Shown piece after piece: positions 6,385 to 7,877 of a stretch of DNA of 7,877 nucleotides. A program made the translations under genes and the position numbers. Positions within the stretch are counted from its first letter, which is position 1. Every line of letters begins with the position of its first letter. This stretch comes from an uncultured archaeon (lineage in GTDB: Archaea; Iainarchaeota; Iainarchaeia; Iainarchaeales; 0-14-0-20-30-16). Under the pieces are notes generated by a model. That model did no database searches, was not told where the DNA came from, and worked only from the letters and a program-made list of their open reading frames with translations. Location of the stretch: assembly GCA_964565125.1 (NCBI GenBank), contig CAZMCX010000035.1, forward strand, positions 1 to 7,877, given 5' to 3'.

Positions 6385-6885
6385 CTAAAAATACACCATC
6401 GCAATTATTCCGCCTAAGATCCAAGGGAAAATATACAAAATTAAACTAATTACAAATGAAATTATCACAGAAACATAAAACTTTGAGAGCAATTCATTAG
6501 AATTCTTTTCAACAAACACCCTATATAAAAAAATCCCAAACAAAATTATTGGTTGAAGGATTACTGATAATATCAAAGCATAAAGCAAAAGCTTCAGCAA
6601 AATAACAACTACAACATACAAATACATATACCAAGAGGTATAAAGACCAATAAACTCAAATTTTATTCCAAATGCTGCTGGCAAGAAATAGGCTATTATC
6701 AAAACTATGTAACTCACGATCAAAGTAAATAAGAAATACTTAAAAATTTCCTTTATTTTCAGTTTTTCATTAAATGGTTTAAAAAAATGCTCAAAAAATA
6801 GTATCAAAAAAAACACTATGGCTGAAAAACAAGCCCAATACAAAATAGAGTACAGACTGCCTATAAAAGTAATTTCCATATACAT
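6385..6885 (-). CDS. Small polytopic membrane protein (about 5-6 TM helices, 166 aa), unknown family
   Basis: A 167-codon open frame in very AT-rich sequence. Long I/L/F/V/Y-rich segments are separated by short charged loops (EHFFKPFNEKLKIKEIFK; VEKNSNELLSK). The track start at 6888 is a TTG, and the first ATG is at 6885. The TAG stop (6387-6385) overlaps the SD of the giant gene, with a 5-8 nt gap, which suggests translational coupling. Confidence 0.8.
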   Translation of the reverse strand: MYMEITFIGSLYSILYWACFSAIVFFLILFFEHFFKPFNEKLKIKEIFKYFLFTLIVSYIVLIIAYFLPAAFGIKFEFIGLYTSWYMYLYVVVVILLKLLLYALILSVILQPIILFGIFLYRVFVEKNSNELLSKFYVSVIISFVISLILYIFPWILGGIIAMVYF

Positions 6886-6888
6886 CAA

Positions 6889-6952
6889 TATAAAAATACA
6901 AATATTCTTTAAATAGTTAACTATTATTTATATATAGTTCGCTGGTGTTGTT
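6889..6952. promoter_or_regulatory. Divergent promoter region with two TATA-like elements and a perfect 14-bp palindrome
   Basis: TTTAAATA (6908-6915) and TTTATATATA (6927-6936) both read as TATA-like on either strand. They lie about 20-45 nt from ATG 6953 (+) and ATG 6885 (-). The palindrome AATAGTTAACTATT (6912-6925) lies between and overlapping them. GGTG (6944-6947) sits 5 nt before ATG 6953. Confidence 0.5.
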
Positions 6953-7877
6953 ATGGCTTCAAAGGAAGTTGAGAATTTAGTTAAGCTTCTACAAACTTAC
7001 AAAAACATCTATTCTAAGGACGAAGTCATACAAGCAGTTACGGCTGAAGGTTACTCTCGGAAAATTGCCAGAGATGTTATAGACGAGCTTTACGGTAAAG
7101 GCCGGATAAAACAAGAAGAAAAGCCACAGGAAGAAACCAAGACAAAATTAATAGCAAAAAAAGAGAACACAGAAAACCAAGGCAAAGCAGAGACAAAAAG
7201 TTCAATCCCTATTGAAAACACCCAAGATCCAAGTTTTAGTGAAGTTGACAAATTAATGGATCAGCTAAAAAGTTCAATTCCTGCGGCCCCAATTGAAGAA
7301 AATCTTGGTGAAGAGTTAAATAAATTGCAGGAAGAAAATGTAAAACTTGCTGAAACAGAAGAAAAAAAAATGACTGAACCTGAAAAAGTAGTAGAAAACC
7401 CACAAAACAAAAAAGACAAAGATGTTTCTGAAGTACCAAGAAGATTACGAAGATTTTATAGGTCTGGCGAACCACAAAATACAAAACAAATTCAAACCCC
7501 CACAGAAGAGCAAGGCTCAAGGCATTACAGAGATAGGCTTAAGGAACTACAAGGCAGGCCTGAAGAAGCAAAAACCCCTAGAGAATTGCATGATAATATA
7601 GTAGATGTAATTTATAGCCAGGTAAAAGAAAAAACTGATTTGAATAAACCAAAAGAAGAAATTGAAAAAGTAACAAAAGACGAAGTAGACAGATTTAGAA
7701 ACAGGCACAACAGAGAACCAAACCAAAGGGGGGAGATAAACCAAATTGTAGATAATATTTTTACCCAGCTTACAAGGGATGAAGAAATCAAGAAAATGCA
7801 AGGCACAGGAGAAGACACACCAACAGAAAAGGATACAAAAAAAGAAGAAAAGAAGGAAGAAGCAAGTCCTTTTGATT
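6953..7877 (+). CDS. Lys/Glu/Gln/Pro-rich, probably largely disordered protein with a small helical N-terminal domain; 3' partial (308 codons in the window)
   Basis: I translated this by hand from ATG 6953: MASKEVENLVKLLQTYKNIYSKDEVIQAVTAEGYSRKIARDVIDELYGKGRIKQEEKPQEE...KEEASPFD. There is no stop codon through 7877. It is absent from the ORF track only because it runs off the window. The three minus-strand track ORFs at 7236-7818 are its F/L-rich antisense shadows. Confidence 0.75.
   Translation, partial: MASKEVENLVKLLQTYKNIYSKDEVIQAVTAEGYSRKIARDVIDELYGKGRIKQEEKPQEETKTKLIAKKENTENQGKAETKSSIPIENTQDPSFSEVDKLMDQLKSSIPAAPIEENLGEELNKLQEENVKLAETEEKKMTEPEKVVENPQNKKDKDVSEVPRRLRRFYRSGEPQNTKQIQTPTEEQGSRHYRDRLKELQGRPEEAKTPRELHDNIVDVIYSQVKEKTDLNKPKEEIEKVTKDEVDRFRNRHNREPNQRGEINQIVDNIFTQLTRDEEIKKMQGTGEDTPTEKDTKKEEKKEEASPFD

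Noticed and set aside
6377-6424. N-terminal extension MDLRRNNCDGVFLGD(M) of the giant ORF as given in the track.
   Set aside because: It begins at a TTG (6424-6422) and would overlap the last 40 nt of the upstream membrane-protein gene. The GGTGAT SD and the signal-peptide-like sequence sit right at the ATG pair 6379/6376.
6886-6888. Track start of the membrane protein at 6888.
   Set aside because: The codon is TTG. An ATG follows immediately at 6885-6883, so I use that, though either is possible.
7236-7818. Three minus-strand track ORFs: 7236-7520, 7547-7801 and 7612-7818.
   Set aside because: They are the F/L-rich complements of a purine-rich K/E coding strand. The plus-strand frame from 6953 is open across all of them and has a credible start context.
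1-7877. Scan for CRISPR arrays, rRNA/tRNA genes, C/D-box sRNAs, transposases, integrases and terminal inverted repeats.
   Set aside because: No regularly spaced direct repeats were seen. No G+C-rich structured RNA islands were seen. No RUGAUGA/CUGA box pairs occur in the intergenic regions. No ORF shows recombinase-like motifs.

Overview
This is an AT-rich window (roughly one-third G+C by eye) with compact gene spacing. It is most likely from a small-genome archaeon, possibly DPANN-like. That placement is inference from a PAC2/HbYX proteasome chaperone, TATA-like promoter elements and GTGAT ribosome-binding sites; no database search was possible.

Layout:
(1) 61-753 (+): PAC2-family proteasome assembly chaperone ending in an HbYX tripeptide, followed by a T-tract/hairpin terminator.
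(2) 939-1923 (+): a two-gene HEPN/MNT toxin-antitoxin-type module. A wHTH-fused minimal nucleotidyltransferase (939-1493) is followed by a HEPN gene whose frame is broken by an in-frame TAA at 1738-1740. Its upstream region carries three palindromes, one of which abuts a TATA box.
(3) 6885-1949 (-): an operon of an orphan 5-6 TM membrane protein (6385-6885), a tightly coupled giant orphan protein of about 1443 aa (2045-6376), and possibly a 25-aa basic peptide (1949-2026). The giant protein has an N-terminal signal sequence, short Cys-Cys loops, an internal 22-residue hydrophobic segment and a C-terminal LPXTG-like motif, hydrophobic stretch and charged tail.
(4) 6889-6952: a divergent promoter region with a perfect 14-bp palindrome.
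(5) 6953 to the window end (+): an uninterrupted Lys/Glu-rich ORF that is missing from the supplied ORF track because it has no stop in the window.

All other track ORFs are antisense shadows. The membrane-protein/giant-protein operon is the best candidate for an undescribed cell-surface system. I recognise no characterised domain in either protein.
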